This document shows, piece by piece, positions 32,516 to 44,791 of a DNA stretch of 64,000 bases. The translations under genes were made by a program, and so were the position numbers. Under the pieces are notes generated by a model that was given only the letters and a program-made list of their open reading frames with translations, did not search any database and had not been told where the DNA came from. Each line of letters opens with the position of its first letter. The stretch's first letter is position 1. The DNA is from Coniocarpon cinnabarinum (taxonomy: Eukaryota), in contig JAVECO010000005.1 in assembly GCA_051942205.1 (NCBI GenBank), positions 1-64,000 of the forward strand, given 5' to 3'.

Positions 32516-33088
32516 ATGGACAATCCCCAGGCCGCTATGGCTTCACACACGAGTTCCAGTGCCACGGGATCCGATTCCACACCCAGCAGCGCCGCCACGT
32601 CACTGATTCACCACTTCAAAACAATGCCCGACATCTTCATCAGCCATATTTGGCCCCGCTACATAACGCATCGCGCCAATCGCGAGCTCGAAATCCACGT
32701 CGCAAGCCACATGGAATCGCGCCGCCTGGCGCAGCACAAGTGCTGGCACTCTTCCAGATATCGCGACCCGGAGGGAAGCATGGTGCGCCTTGTGCAGCTT
32801 GCCGTGATCGACCGACGGTGCCTTTCGTACGTTCGCGAAGCCCTCGATCGACATCTGAAGCAGCGAAGGGTCGAGTGCGACGAGACGCGGAGGACGTTGG
32901 GGCGATTGTTGATGAGCTCGACAGAAATTCAGGGACCGTTCAGTCGCGCCGACTGGATGGACAGGCCACCGTGGACGGTGACTGAGCGTTTAAAACATGA
33001 GGAGGCGGTCATTAAGTGCTTGGAGCGCGTGAAGCTGGGTCTGCAGACGCGGGCGGGAGAGGAGGGTGGTGGTGTCGTGCCGAGCTAG
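32516..33088 (+). CDS. Orphan protein, probable diverged paralog of 28284-28952
   Basis: First in-frame ATG (MDNPQ); shares the blocks LAVIDRRCLSYVREALDRHL and IKCLERVKLGL with the 28284 ORF. Confidence 0.55.
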   Translation: MDNPQAAMASHTSSSATGSDSTPSSAATSLIHHFKTMPDIFISHIWPRYITHRANRELEIHVASHMESRRLAQHKCWHSSRYRDPEGSMVRLVQLAVIDRRCLSYVREALDRHLKQRRVECDETRRTLGRLLMSSTEIQGPFSRADWMDRPPWTVTERLKHEEAVIKCLERVKLGLQTRAGEEGGGVVPS

Positions 33089-33459
33089 ATGCTGTTGACG
33101 GCACGCAAAGATGTTGGATGGCTCAAGTCATCGATCTGACCCAAAAGTCGAACTGACAGCGAATGATTTGTTCCTTTTGCCCTGTTCTGAAGGGCATCTA
33201 AGATTAGATTCACCTATCCGAGGCTTTTTCACGGAACTCCGGAGCTTTCAAGGACTTGAAACCTCTCATGAAAGGAAGTTGACGAATCCTGATGATTCGA
33301 GTACAGATGCAGGTAGCTCAGGAGGGCAGTCATGGCAGGACAACTAGCTGGCAGCACGAGTCGTCAAGAATTTCAGAGTTGTAACCGCCAAGGTACCACG
33401 TGCTGAATGCATCTCCCAGAACAAGGTGGATCACAATATTAAGTCCACGGCGAGTGTAG

Positions 33460-36219
33460 TCAAGTGGTGCTTTTCGTCTTCTGTTGATGTGTCACCGGCC
33501 ACTGCGCGTCTAATAAATCACTCACTCTTGCCAACAACTCAAAACCGCCAAGAAGCTCGGCAAAATGCTCCATTCTCTCGTCTCGATGCATGCACAGAAA
33601 TCTAGCAAGCCCAAAGTCCACGTCCTCACTTGCGTCACTGGATTCCCTTGCATTTTTCAACGTGCTCAATACAGCTTGAGCAGCAAACGCGTTCAGGCCG
33701 GCTCGACGAAGAAAGAGCTCCCAGTGCGTTTGCTCGGGAAGTAGCTTGACGTTGTTCGCATGCGTTGTGCTCGAATAGATAAGTCCAATGATAGATCTAG
33801 CAAGATTGTCTTCACCGCCTAGCACCACGAACGCGTTTGCATTGCTAGGTAACTCGCTGCAAAATACTACGAGCTCCTGGTATGCAGGTATGTCTTTCTC
33901 AGATATGCGATCAAGGGAGCTGCCAGCAGGGGCTCCAACAATTAATGTGACATTCTGAAACCGCTGCGACACTGCACGCAGACGCACCTTCAGCCTTGAT
34001 TCATTGCCTTGGCCAGGTAGAGGTCTCTGATGGATTTTGGGAACTGTAGTGCAGATGATCGCTGTGGATGGAGCTATGGTAAGATCACCATCATCTACTG
34101 TGATATGAGAAGATTCGAAATATCGGGGTGCTAATAAGGTAGGTTCACGCTCAATCAATGTCAGATCAGGCCAAAGAGAAGTGATCGCGCCAATGAGTGA
34201 GCGGCGATTCATAAATTTGGTTGAGGCAATAATAGCGCATGGTGAAAGAGGTCCCTCGGGGGTTGGGAAGCTGGGAATGTCAATGGTTTGTAGCTGCACA
34301 AGTTCTTGTGATAATGCAGCTGCTACAGAGGTCGCACGTTGGGGTTGGATGTGGGTCTTAGTGGCTTCTCGCTGTGCGGCGGAAGGATTAGTCTTTGTTT
34401 TCGGCTTTTCACTGGGACGTCCTTGCATAGCCATAAATCGCCCAAGGTCGTCAGAGGCGGAGAACATCGGAGTAAAGCTCTCATCTCGCTCGTCAGTGTG
34501 CAATCTCAAATGGTTCTCGTCAGGTTCCCTGTTTGGTGGTTGAATGTCCTTCAGTACGTCGCTCTCGCGCAATCGAAGGCGTGCGCGCGAGTCTTCCCCA
34601 GGAACGCGATTCTCGATCACATCAACCTCTGTAGAAGAGAGAAGATCTTCTAGCGGTGCTACTTCAAGCTGTGCGTCGTCATCATCAGATTCCTCGAAGA
34701 TCTTCATCTTCGCTGGTTTCCAAGTCAGATTGTCAGCATTCAACGCTTTATCATAGTCCTTTACATCCAGATACATATCTAGAGCACCCTCGTCGGTCAA
34801 ATGTTCTTTCGTAGCGACCTTTCCAAGATTAGGCGCGAATGGTGCCCAAGGCATATGCAACTCGAGCTTCCCCATGCCAGGCCAGTGATGAAGCTTCAGT
34901 TTGGACACTGCCATCATGATAGTTTTCGTCTCCTGTTGATCCATCTCCGGGTTTGAGTCTGCTTTCCAAGGAGGCACTGCAAGTGTTAAATCGAGCTGTG
35001 GCACTTTGACCCTTTTGGTTGAATCCGCAGCTTGGAGCTTCTCATGCTCAAGCTCGTACTGAGCTTTCAGTGCTGTAGGTTCGATGATTTCCCTGAAGAG
35101 AGCTTCAAGCTCGGCGTCGGCTTCTGCTTTTGTAGGCTCATCTACACACGATACAGCAGCGTCTAGCAAAGGCTCAGTCTCTTGGCTAACATCTGAAAAC
35201 GAAACAGACTTTGGTCCTGGATGCAAGGGTGATACGAGAGGTTCGTCCATCTTGAGTTCCCACGGTTTGCTACGGGGCGGCGAAGCCTGCGGGCTTACAC
35301 CTTCTTCAATGAACCCACCAATGTACGCTTCGCCGTCGAATGTAGAGTAATCGGCATCACAAATATCTTGTTCGGGACCGTCCACCAGATTGTCTGTGCG
35401 TTGCACATCCGCATGAATCTTGTTGAGCTCTTTAGAGATGGGGCTTGTGTATTCGATGGGGTTTGCATATTCAGCCAGCGGCGATGATATTTCAGAGACA
35501 GCACTAGGCGTCGCTGGGAGCAAAGGAGGTGTCAGATAGGAAGGACCTGCCTTCTTTTATTCAGGTCAGTGTGAAACCTCGACGACAAGTGACTTCGGTT
35601 GACTCACCAGCTGATACTTTAGGTCATTTGCGACGGCTTCATTGACGAGCGATTGATCAACACTTGGATCCCTCGCAAAAGACAGCAGAGCAAGGGCATC
35701 CCGAGACACACCAAGACGCTCATGCTCCAACTCTCGAGCGGACTGAAGGGGGAGTTGTTTCTGTCGACTTGTCCAGTCCAGCCCTTCATCGTTATCCTCA
35801 TCGATGCTGAAGAGCAGAGAGGTATAGTTCTCCCAGAGCGGAGGGCTGTCGTATTTTCGTAAATAAGCATTGACGTCGTGATAATGCTCTGAGCGAAGGA
35901 GAGGCTCCTCAAACTTGAGGCGCTTGATCCGGTGCCGACCAGCGTCGTCATAAACGGTAACGTCAGGCTGACTTGCAGCAGTGAAGATTTCGTGGAGGAA
36001 CGCAGCACCGTCTTTGGAGATGGTGAGCTTCTCTTTTGGCTCCTTCGACGTGATGTGTTCGAGTGTCGGCGCATCGATAGGGTCCTCGGCGTCGCCTGCC
36101 ACGTCTATATTCGCTTTGAGGCTAGCGAGAAGATCATGTACATCGGCAACGGATGTGCGACCAAGCAAGCCATGATGTTTAGCGTATTGTAACAGTTGAC
36201 GACGCTCACCAGGTTCCAT
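33460..36219 (-). CDS. Large 2-exon protein with a C-terminal XPF/ERCC4-like + HhH/SAM-like region; probable meiotic ZMM protein Zip2/SHOC1
   Basis: ORFs 36219-35566 and 35523-33460 are joined by a GTGAGT intron at ~35552-35608. Motifs: LIERE, GDLTIAPSTAII, WELFLRRAGLNAFAAQAVL. The family call is recalled similarity only. Confidence 0.55.
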
Positions 36220-36527
36220 AATATATAGAGCGCTTTCGAAATGAGAAGGCGGAGGGGCGACTGATGTCGTAAAGACGACGGAAGGGAATGGGACAGGTGC
36301 TTTACCAGGCCAAGGCCGAGATACAAAATGTTAAGAAAGGCGGTGAATAAAATGATCGTCTCACCGACCACACGTTCCAATCACCACCCACAACTATCGC
36401 ATCACGTGAAGCGTACGGTCTTGTTGAACCACCTGAGAGGCGTCCCACGCAGAGCAACGCCGGCGCCATGACTTTCTGGCGGCGTAGAATGCTAGAGTTA
36501 CTGATATTTTTCGCTGTCCCAGACTCA

Positions 36528-37907
36528 TCATCTGACGGTGGCGCCTTTTAGTGTCTTCACTTTGCAAACCCCCTCCTTGGTCTTTAACATCGCGGGGCCA
36601 TTGGCACCGTACTGTGCCTCTTTCAGCTGCTCCACGGCTGCCTTCTCGAAAGCAACAGAGCCATCATCCGTTGTTGTGAAGCCCATCTGACAGTAATCCC
36701 AAACTTTCTTCTTCGGGTTCAATTGCGCTTCCGGTTCCCCCTCCCAACCCTCAAACAGTACACGCTCACCGGCTCCGGAAGTAGCTGGGGGATCGACAAG
36801 CTCAACAGGTCCCTTGTGGTGATCTTCCTCCCCTTCTTTCAGCCGTGGAGATGCTGCTAGGACCATCGCGCAAGACTTGATGCCTCTCATTGTTACTGGC
36901 TTCAGGTTGCATACTGCCACCACTTTGCGTCCCTGCATCTCTTCCAATGGGACCAGCCCATTTAGACCGGAACATACAGTCCGCACAACTTTGCCATCGT
37001 ACTCTGACGTGTTCTCTGTCCCTGTCGCGTCACCAACGGCAATAGTGCTGACGTACAATGAGTCCGCGTTGGGATGTCGCTCCGCTTTGAGAATGTGACC
37101 GACTCGTAAGTCTATCAATGCCGGTGACAGAGGCTTTTCCGGCGCTGCTTGTTTCTGCGGTTTGGGCTGTTTCTCTTTCTTCGCCCTCTTTTGCTCCGGC
37201 GCAGCGCTTGTTCCCTGTCCAGCCTTTGTGTCAGAAACAGTTCCCTCTGAGGGTTGGCCAACTGGTATTGATGCGCCGACTGCATTGGCCACTGATTCTC
37301 CCTTGCCTTGGCGAACAGGTACGCCGTTCGTGCTTGCATTCCCTGCGGCGGCTTGTGCAGCTGCAGCCGCTTCCTTCTCCTTCTTCTTGCGTTCCTTCTC
37401 GGCCTTTGCATCGACGGGTTTGATTTGCACTTTGACGTCGTCCGGATCGATATTTATTAGCTCGTTGTTATCAAGCTTGAGGCCCATCATTTCGCTTCTC
37501 TGCACGAAATCAAACCATCTGACGATGTAATGATAGCCTGTCTCTCCAGTCCTCTCCTCGGCAGTCCAGGATTGCAGAACCGGAGCTAAGCGAGCATACA
37601 TTGCTACGTCCGCAACAGATGGCTTGCTTCCGAGCAAAGTTGTCCGACTCGCAAGATGAGTGTTGAGGGTAGCTAATCTTTCATTTGTCTTCGCTTTATC
37701 TTCGTTCGGCGAGCAAATGTGCTGCGATGTTGTAAGATGCTCCTGGATCACAGACTTGTCTGCGTCATCGTAATGCGCATCGTTGTATAGCGGGATTCGG
37801 CTCAGCTCTGAGAGAGGGTAGTGATCTTGGGTTGGAAGATGGTTCTGTGCGAAGGATTTGCGTAGAATGGCAATGCACCTGCTGTCGGAGGGGATGGAAG
37901 AAGCCAT
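36528..37907 (-). CDS. ARC1: tRNA-aminoacylation cofactor Arc1 (GST-like + OB-fold tRNA-binding domain)
   Basis: LNTHLASRTTLLGSKPSVADV, IVRWFDFVQ, IDLRVGHI...HPNADSLYVS, RTVCSGL, NLKPVTMRGIKS and LNPKKKVW. First ATG at 37907. Confidence 0.92.
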   Translation of the reverse strand: MASSIPSDSRCIAILRKSFAQNHLPTQDHYPLSELSRIPLYNDAHYDDADKSVIQEHLTTSQHICSPNEDKAKTNERLATLNTHLASRTTLLGSKPSVADVAMYARLAPVLQSWTAEERTGETGYHYIVRWFDFVQRSEMMGLKLDNNELINIDPDDVKVQIKPVDAKAEKERKKKEKEAAAAAQAAAGNASTNGVPVRQGKGESVANAVGASIPVGQPSEGTVSDTKAGQGTSAAPEQKRAKKEKQPKPQKQAAPEKPLSPALIDLRVGHILKAERHPNADSLYVSTIAVGDATGTENTSEYDGKVVRTVCSGLNGLVPLEEMQGRKVVAVCNLKPVTMRGIKSCAMVLAASPRLKEGEEDHHKGPVELVDPPATSGAGERVLFEGWEGEPEAQLNPKKKVWDYCQMGFTTTDDGSVAFEKAAVEQLKEAQYGANGPAMLKTKEGVCKVKTLKGATVR

Positions 37908-38490
37908 TCTGCGTAGCAAAAGAGGCTTATGAGTCTGCAACGACCTCTCGAGGACGCTCAGTGTCCTACACTGGTGCAATGAAGGCACTTTGAGCCACAG
38001 TCCTAAGATGTATGGAATGCAATTATTTCGTTAAATTTCATGTGAAATTGCGGGTCAAGATGAGTTAGCTACCTCTTCTCACGTACTGCCCCTTACGGTA
38101 AGCAAGGGTCACCCATTCACCATTCTCACCTCACTGCTGGGAAGCGTAGCCATGCCGGTCAGCAACATCTTTGCTCAAGTTGCGGACACGAGGCCAAGTC
38201 TGTGCTGTCATCAGCTCGCAGACATTTCCAAAGCCAGATCTTCGGCGAATGAGGCTCAGCAATCCCGGGGCATACTGACTTTGCACGGGATAGCTTATTG
38301 CTATTGAAAATGCACCACGCGTTCGTCTCGTGATATAATCATGTCCCGCGCCAAATTAAAGACTTTGTTGTCTACGTCTCCTCGCTGTGAGACCCCTCGT
38401 TGCGAGAACCGCTGGAGGCCACTATCGTCCCGTACCAATATTCAACCACAATCACGAAAGAGACGCGAACTTTGACTGCTCATTGTAAAC

Positions 38491-39813
38491 ATGACGCTCC
38501 CTAATGAAGCTCTTTCGCATGATTCTGACGCTATCTTGGACACTGTTGATGATTACAAACAGAGCAAGGCAGGGTCATCCGCACAGCTAGTACAGAAGCT
38601 TGACTCGATAAAAATGCACGTGAAAGGGCCTTCAACTTATCTTGCACGGATGCGTTATCAAGTGCAGAATCCAACCTGTGGGCAGCGTCTTCTGCAGTAA
38701 GTTACTGACCCATGTACTAGCCGCTTTTCAATACCTGTGTTTCCATTGCCTTAGAGTCAGGCATGGTCGAAGCAGTGGTCAACAGATGAGGCAAACCGAT
38801 CAGCTCACAGAAGGTGGCCTCAGAGACTGGCTAAGAAAAGACCTTTGTCGGTATGTCATATATGAAAATCTGTAGGTCACCTTCAAGGGAGTGCTGATTG
38901 CTAATCCATTCGGAGTTCGTGAGAGTATGATAGACTGTAACAAGACAGCGCGAACACTGACTGTTCATCGTCAGTCACGAACCTGGGCTGCACATTGGCT
39001 CGGATCTTGCGAACCAAATGTACCCAGGGCATTCAAATGTTCTCGGCTAAACCAGGAAACACGACTCTCTTTGAGTTCACTTATGGCATGTCTTGGTTTG
39101 AGTACCTGATGCGCAATCCCGAGATGAAAGAAGCACTCGACAACTACATGAAACCGCGCAAGACAGCTCAATGTGATATTCAAAGCTCCGGGGTCCGTTT
39201 GTATCCTACCGAGAATCTCCTGAAGGGTGGCTCAGCAACATCTCAAGAAGTGACGCTTGTTGACACAGGTGGCGGTACTGGCAAAGACTTGATGGCTTTC
39301 AAGACTCGATGCGACGTCGGAAAGCATGTGCGCCTTGATCTGGAGGAAGTTCCCGAAACGCTGAAGCGGATAAGACTTTTGCAAGCAGATGTTGAACAGG
39401 TCGAATTTAATTTCTTCGAAATGGAGCAGCCGATCAAAGGTAAGTGTGCTGACGTGCACGAATCATTGCGACCGGTGGGCATTCCGATCTTTAACTGCAG
39501 GGCTCGTGTCTATTTCTTCCATGCCATTATACATGACTGATCGGATGAGCAAGCCATCATGATACTGCGAGATACGGCGAAGGCCATGAGCAAAGACTCT
39601 GTCTTGCTAAAACAACATAGGGTGTTGCCAAACACGGGTTGCAGCTGGCGTGGATCGACAATGGACATGCTCATTCTCATCTTTCCGGCCGGCATGGAGC
39701 GGACCAAGACGCAGTGGGAGCAACTCCTTGATTCTGCAGGGCTTGAGCTTGTGAAGATATGGACTGACGAAAAAATGATTGAGTCTGTGGTCGAGCCGCG
39801 TTCAAAGAAATAA
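38491..39813 (+). pseudogene. SAM-dependent O-methyltransferase pseudogene (fungal secondary-metabolism type)
   Basis: LVDTGGGTGKD, FNFF.EQP.KG, YFFHAIIHD*SD and GMERTKTQW..LL..AGL. In-frame stops at 38787 (TGA), 38832 (TAA) and 39538 (TGA replacing the W of HDW), plus an apparent internal deletion after ARILR. Confidence 0.85.
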
Positions 39814-40054
39814 GGTAAGCACTAAAGTTTCGGTCGTCATGGCTTCTAATAAAAGCTCATACTACTAAATATAGCATTGAAGTCATGTACGACAATCTGC
39901 ATCATGATCGATACTTACAAGACCCGACCATAAGCGTGCGCCAAGGTTTGCACCGGTAGCGTCACCTCTCGGTCAAGTCTGAAACTCCCAGTGGTGATGG
40001 ACTAGCGGCTTCGTCCCCTAGATTCCATTTCTCTTGTCTTGCGATGTTGGCTCA

Positions 40055-42080
40055 CTACTCCGCGGACCTTGGCCTCAACGTCACGTAAAACTCGCTTTGA
40101 ATTGCAAACCACCTGTAGAAGATCAGAACTCTTAGAGTGATGACAAATTCACTGAGCCTTACCATGAGCTGATGACCCAATCCTTTGACGGATCAGCCAG
40201 CTTGACGTCGTAATGCAGTAGCAGCGTAGGAATCAACTTCTATGGGGTCATCAATTGTGCTCTCGGCTGGCTATGCTTCACTCACCTTCTTGATTTCAGT
40301 CTCGGCGATGTCTGGATTTGCATCAGTCAGTATCGCGTTGACATGAGGCGTTTAATAGGAGAATGTACTTCTTCCCAGGCATATTCGTGACCCCTGTCCA
40401 AATGTCAAGATATATCGCTCTGTCCTCAGCCATCAGCATTAGTATCAAAAGCTATCTTGTAGCGGTCTTACGCATTCCCGAAGCATTGCCTTTCAGCCAG
40501 CGATCTGGATTGAAATGTTCGGCATCAGCACCAAAGATGTCCTTGTTCTTGTGCAACACCCAGGGCGAGCACCCCACTACCGTCTGAGAGAGAGCCCAAA
40601 TCAGCATATCTACTCTCCTAACCTAACTCTCATATTGCGTACTTCTCGTGGTAGAAAATGTCCGTTGACGTCAAGACCCCCGGCTGGTACAACTCGTGGC
40701 ATGACGAGACCAGGTTGGGGGTGGAACCGCAGAGCCTCCCACAGACACGCCATGAAGTATGGTAAGTTCTCTGCCTCTTCTCGTTTCGCGATATTACTGA
40801 GTTTTCCCGATGCACGTGCTTCTAGTATCTCGTTGATCAAGCGTTCCTCGCATTCTGGATGCTTCAGGACCCAGTAGAGTAGGGCTCTGGTTGAGGCTGC
40901 GGTCGTATCTGATCCGGCAAAAATGTTTGACGATGCCATCTGCTTATGCGTCAGTCGAGAATTCGACAGTCACTGGAAGCCTCATGGAGCATACAGAAGC
41001 AATTGCTGTCTCATTAAAGTCTCTTGGCTTCTCCTCGTGAATAGCAAACAGCTTGCCGAGAATGTCATCATGATCACTGCCGCGCTCATGGCGTGCCGAG
41101 ATTTCGCGGATCGCAAAGTTCCTCATACTGCCATGACGTGCTTGACAAGCGGCTTGATGACCAAAGATTGGGCTCAGGTAATCATCTGTGTTACAACTCA
41201 GCAAAGCTCGAAAGTTACTCGCCGAGACCTCACTGACCTAACCAATAGAGCCAGGTGATTTGACCGAGCCAGGATGCTGATTTGATGGCTTTTTGGATCG
41301 TAGTGAACGAGCCGTCTTCGTCGCCTACATCCATGAAACCAAATCGCTTCGAGAAGGTGACCTCACCAATCACATCTCATAGGTGTTAGCGAGGACAATG
41401 ACCGAGTATCATCTATGCTTTCCTACCGAACGCAAAATATTGTATCCATTTACTCATATCGATGGTCTGGGTGCGAATGTCTTCCATCCGCTTCAAGAAG
41501 TGGGCCACGGCATCATCGATGTACTTCTCCAGGTCTTGAATTGATTTAAGTGAATACGCAGAGCTAACGAGACGTCTTTGATGGCCATGAATTCTCTCAT
41601 CTTGCTCGCCGAATAGATCAAATTTGCGATGACCTTGCCAAACGTTGTACCAATTGGATTTGCGGAATCCAGACCCAGCAGCTGCCTAGATGTTAGTCCT
41701 GAGACAGTGTTTGGGAGGATTTAGGCCCAGTATACTGTATATCCTTCGGACAGCCGCAGGATCTGAGATGGCCCTGTTCTCATTAGTCACGTTCTTAGTA
41801 TACGTCGGAAGCAGACGTGCACTTCGTTAGGTGCCATCCGCACCAATGGCCCGTACTGGCGGTGCAGAGCTGGAAGTCGCTCATGCATGCCGCCTTTCCA
41901 GACCACATACGTCAACCAGAAGCGAGAGACGGATGCAAGAAATGGTCCTGGAATGCCTGCTAAGGGAGAAAACAATCGCTGGTATACGACGTAGAGAATC
42001 AATGGCACAGTTGCGACGACTGGCAATGCTGTCCAGAGGACGTGAGCATTACGCTCAACGAGCCCGTTCATTGACGACAT
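40055..42080 (-). CDS. Cytochrome P450 (pisatin demethylase/benzoate monooxygenase-like), about 11 exons
   Basis: N-terminal TM helix, PLAGIPGP, WQGHRKFDLF, I-helix AGSDTT, EALR, PDRW and heme motif FGQGSRICLG; ten introns traced by eye. Confidence 0.92.
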
Positions 42081-42847
42081 TGCGATTGTCCAACTAGGTT
42101 TCTTAATTGACGAAGAGCAATGGGCAACAAATGGAGCACAGGCGAGAAGGAAGTCAGAAGTCGATGAAGCACAGACGAGGTGTATCTACCAGCTCCCAGC
42201 TCAGACATCGGATATTCGGTAGCAGTCGCAGAGCGACGCTAGAGCTACCCGTGTGTGGTAAGTAATGCTGCGAGCTTCACTGGATGCGTCTGTAGCACCG
42301 CGCTGTCGATGTGCGTCAGGGTGTATGATCAATGGAGGGGCTGGAGACGACGTGGGGTTAAATTGAGGCGAAATGACGAGGCAGTGCCACGACTCTTCAC
42401 CCCAGACTTCGGCAGTGTCAGCGGCAACGCTAGCGAACAACCTCACATCGCTCCCGAATCCTCATCCGACCTCTTACTTGCTCCACCTCGCAAACAGACG
42501 CGACGCAGTCAATGACCCGCGCTCGGCCGCATGTCTGCTATGGCACTTGCTAGCGGGAATTTGATCTCCAGTATTTCTCGCATTAGGAAGTCTTGGCTGC
42601 TCTTCGCGCCCGCGTGCGTCCTTGTTGCCACGTGCTAAGCAAATCTCCAGACGTCTGGGCTTTCACAGCGCAAATTATTAATGTAGGATCCCGTAGACAT
42701 CTTTCATCACTTCATCTTTACTAGTGAAGCTACACATGACACTTCGCCATAGACTTGATTTTAAGAAATTCATTATTTTCGTATCTTCTAAACGTATTTA
42801 AAAACCAACACTGGAACAACACTTGGTCGTGCGAGGTCGACTTCACA

Positions 42848-44791
42848 ATGTCTCGACCGGAGCTGTTTGACGTCGTAGTCATTGGTGCTGGCCCAGTCGG
42901 ACTTGTGCTCTCATGCTTCCTGCAAAGATGGGGCTACAAGATAAAACACATCGATAACCGCGCAGAGCCCACGCCCACCGGACGAGCTGATGGTATCCAG
43001 CCGCGTTCGATCGAGATGTTAAAGAACATGGGTCTCAAAGCCGACATCTTCAAGCACAAGCCCGCGAGAGTGTACGAGGTTGCCTTTTGGGATCCAGGTA
43101 ACCAGGGCGGCATCGTTCGAACAGGATCATGGGCGTCGTGTCCTGACTTTATTGATGCGCGGTATTCGTTCACTGCTCTGTTACATCAGGGTCTTATAGA
43201 ACGAACCTTCATCGCGGACATTGAAAAGAATGGAGGCACCATCCAGCGACCGTGGACAATTCTTGATTTCGAGAATAATAGCGCGGATCCGGAATATCCA
43301 GTTGAGGTTCAGCTTGGCCACGTTGAGAACAAGTCGAAGGAGACGATCCGCACGAAGTACCTCTTCTCAGGTGAAGGCGGCAAGTCATTTGTGCGGAGCA
43401 AGCTGAACATCCCAGTTCACTATAAGGATCCCATCAGCCATGTATGGGGCGTCATGGACGGCGTGGTGCGCACCAATTTCCCGGACATCAAGATGAAATG
43501 CACCATCCATTCAGATGCGGGCTCAATCATGGTGATACCACGAGAAAGCAACATGGTCAGACTGTACATCCAATTAGCATCCTCCACCGACGCAGACTTC
43601 AATCCACGGAAAACCGCCTCGACAGAGGAGGTCAAAGAAGCAGCCAAGCGCATCCTCAAGCCCTACTTCATCGAGTGGGAAAACGTTGAGTGGTACTCAG
43701 TCTATCCCATCGGTCAAGGCATCTCAGAGCGCTACACACTCGACCAACGAATCTTCATGGGCGGCGACGTCTGCCACACGCACTCCCCGAAAGCAGGCCA
43801 AGGCATGAACACCGCCTTCCTCGACGCACAGAACCTCGCCTGGAAAATCCACGGCGTCGAAGCCGGCTTCCTGCAACGCTCAACCCTTGAGACCTACGAG
43901 TCTGAACGCCGTCACATCGCCGAGGAGCTTCTCAATTTCGACGCCAAGTACTCCAAGCTCTTCTCCACGAAACAGCCCGGCGCCGCCGAAGTCTACAGTG
44001 CCAGCTCTTCCACCGGCGGCCATTCCAGCACGGAGGAAAACCCGTTCGTGAAGACGTTCAAGGAGAACTGCGAGTTCACGAGTGGCTATGGCGTCGCGTA
44101 TCAAAACAACATCTTTGACTGGTCCTCTGCGCATCCCGCGAAGTCACCTCTCTTCCTTTCATATCCAGAGCAGACGCCTCTGCGCACCGGTCGGATTCTC
44201 CCGCCCGTGACTGTAACGAGAGTCACTGACGCGAACGTCGTGCCGCTTGAGCAAGAAATCCCCGCAAATGGCTCCTTCCGCATCTTCATCTTCGCGGGCC
44301 ATCTGCAAGCTAAGAATCAAATTAATAAGAGCCTTGACGACTTTGCGTATCACACCATGCGACCGCATAGCTACTTGAGTACACACATGCGCCGCGACGT
44401 CGCCTCCGTCAACTACCACGAACGCCATAATCCACATTCGCATTTCTACACATTCTGCACCGTCTTCGCGGCCCACCGCTCCGACATCGAAGTCGACGAC
44501 TGCTTACCCACATTCCTATTACAATACCGTGATCACGTCTACGCGGATGACATCTGGAGTCAGAGAGTCCCGAATGCCAAAGCAGCGGGACACGCGAAGA
44601 TGTTGGGGAATCCCTGGACGGATGGCGCAGAGTCTGGACATGCCGCTGTGGTTGTGGTGAGGCCGGATGGCTATATCGGATGTGTGGTGAGACTTGTTGA
44701 GGGGTCGGGGAGTGTCGACGCGCTTAACGCGTATTTTGGGGCTTTCACGGTTGGCGTGGGAGAGGGCATTGCACCGCGTGCGCAACTTTGA
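42848..44791 (+). CDS. FAD-dependent phenol 2-monooxygenase family protein
   Basis: [37 protein letters not shown] and C-terminal VVVRPDGY; intronless; first ATG at 42848. Confidence 0.93.
   Translation: MSRPELFDVVVIGAGPVGLVLSCFLQRWGYKIKHIDNRAEPTPTGRADGIQPRSIEMLKNMGLKADIFKHKPARVYEVAFWDPGNQGGIVRTGSWASCPDFIDARYSFTALLHQGLIERTFIADIEKNGGTIQRPWTILDFENNSADPEYPVEVQLGHVENKSKETIRTKYLFSGEGGKSFVRSKLNIPVHYKDPISHVWGVMDGVVRTNFPDIKMKCTIHSDAGSIMVIPRESNMVRLYIQLASSTDADFNPRKTASTEEVKEAAKRILKPYFIEWENVEWYSVYPIGQGISERYTLDQRIFMGGDVCHTHSPKAGQGMNTAFLDAQNLAWKIHGVEAGFLQRSTLETYESERRHIAEELLNFDAKYSKLFSTKQPGAAEVYSASSSTGGHSSTEENPFVKTFKENCEFTSGYGVAYQNNIFDWSSAHPAKSPLFLSYPEQTPLRTGRILPPVTVTRVTDANVVPLEQEIPANGSFRIFIFAGHLQAKNQINKSLDDFAYHTMRPHSYLSTHMRRDVASVNYHERHNPHSHFYTFCTVFAAHRSDIEVDDCLPTFLLQYRDHVYADDIWSQRVPNAKAAGHAKMLGNPWTDGAESGHAAVVVVRPDGYIGCVVRLVEGSGSVDALNAYFGAFTVGVGEGIAPRAQL

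Noticed and set aside
39538..39540. In-frame TGA at a conserved Trp, suggesting recoding or readthrough
   Set aside because: The same gene has other stops (38787, 38832) and a deletion, and neighbouring genes use TGA as a stop; pseudogenisation explains it.
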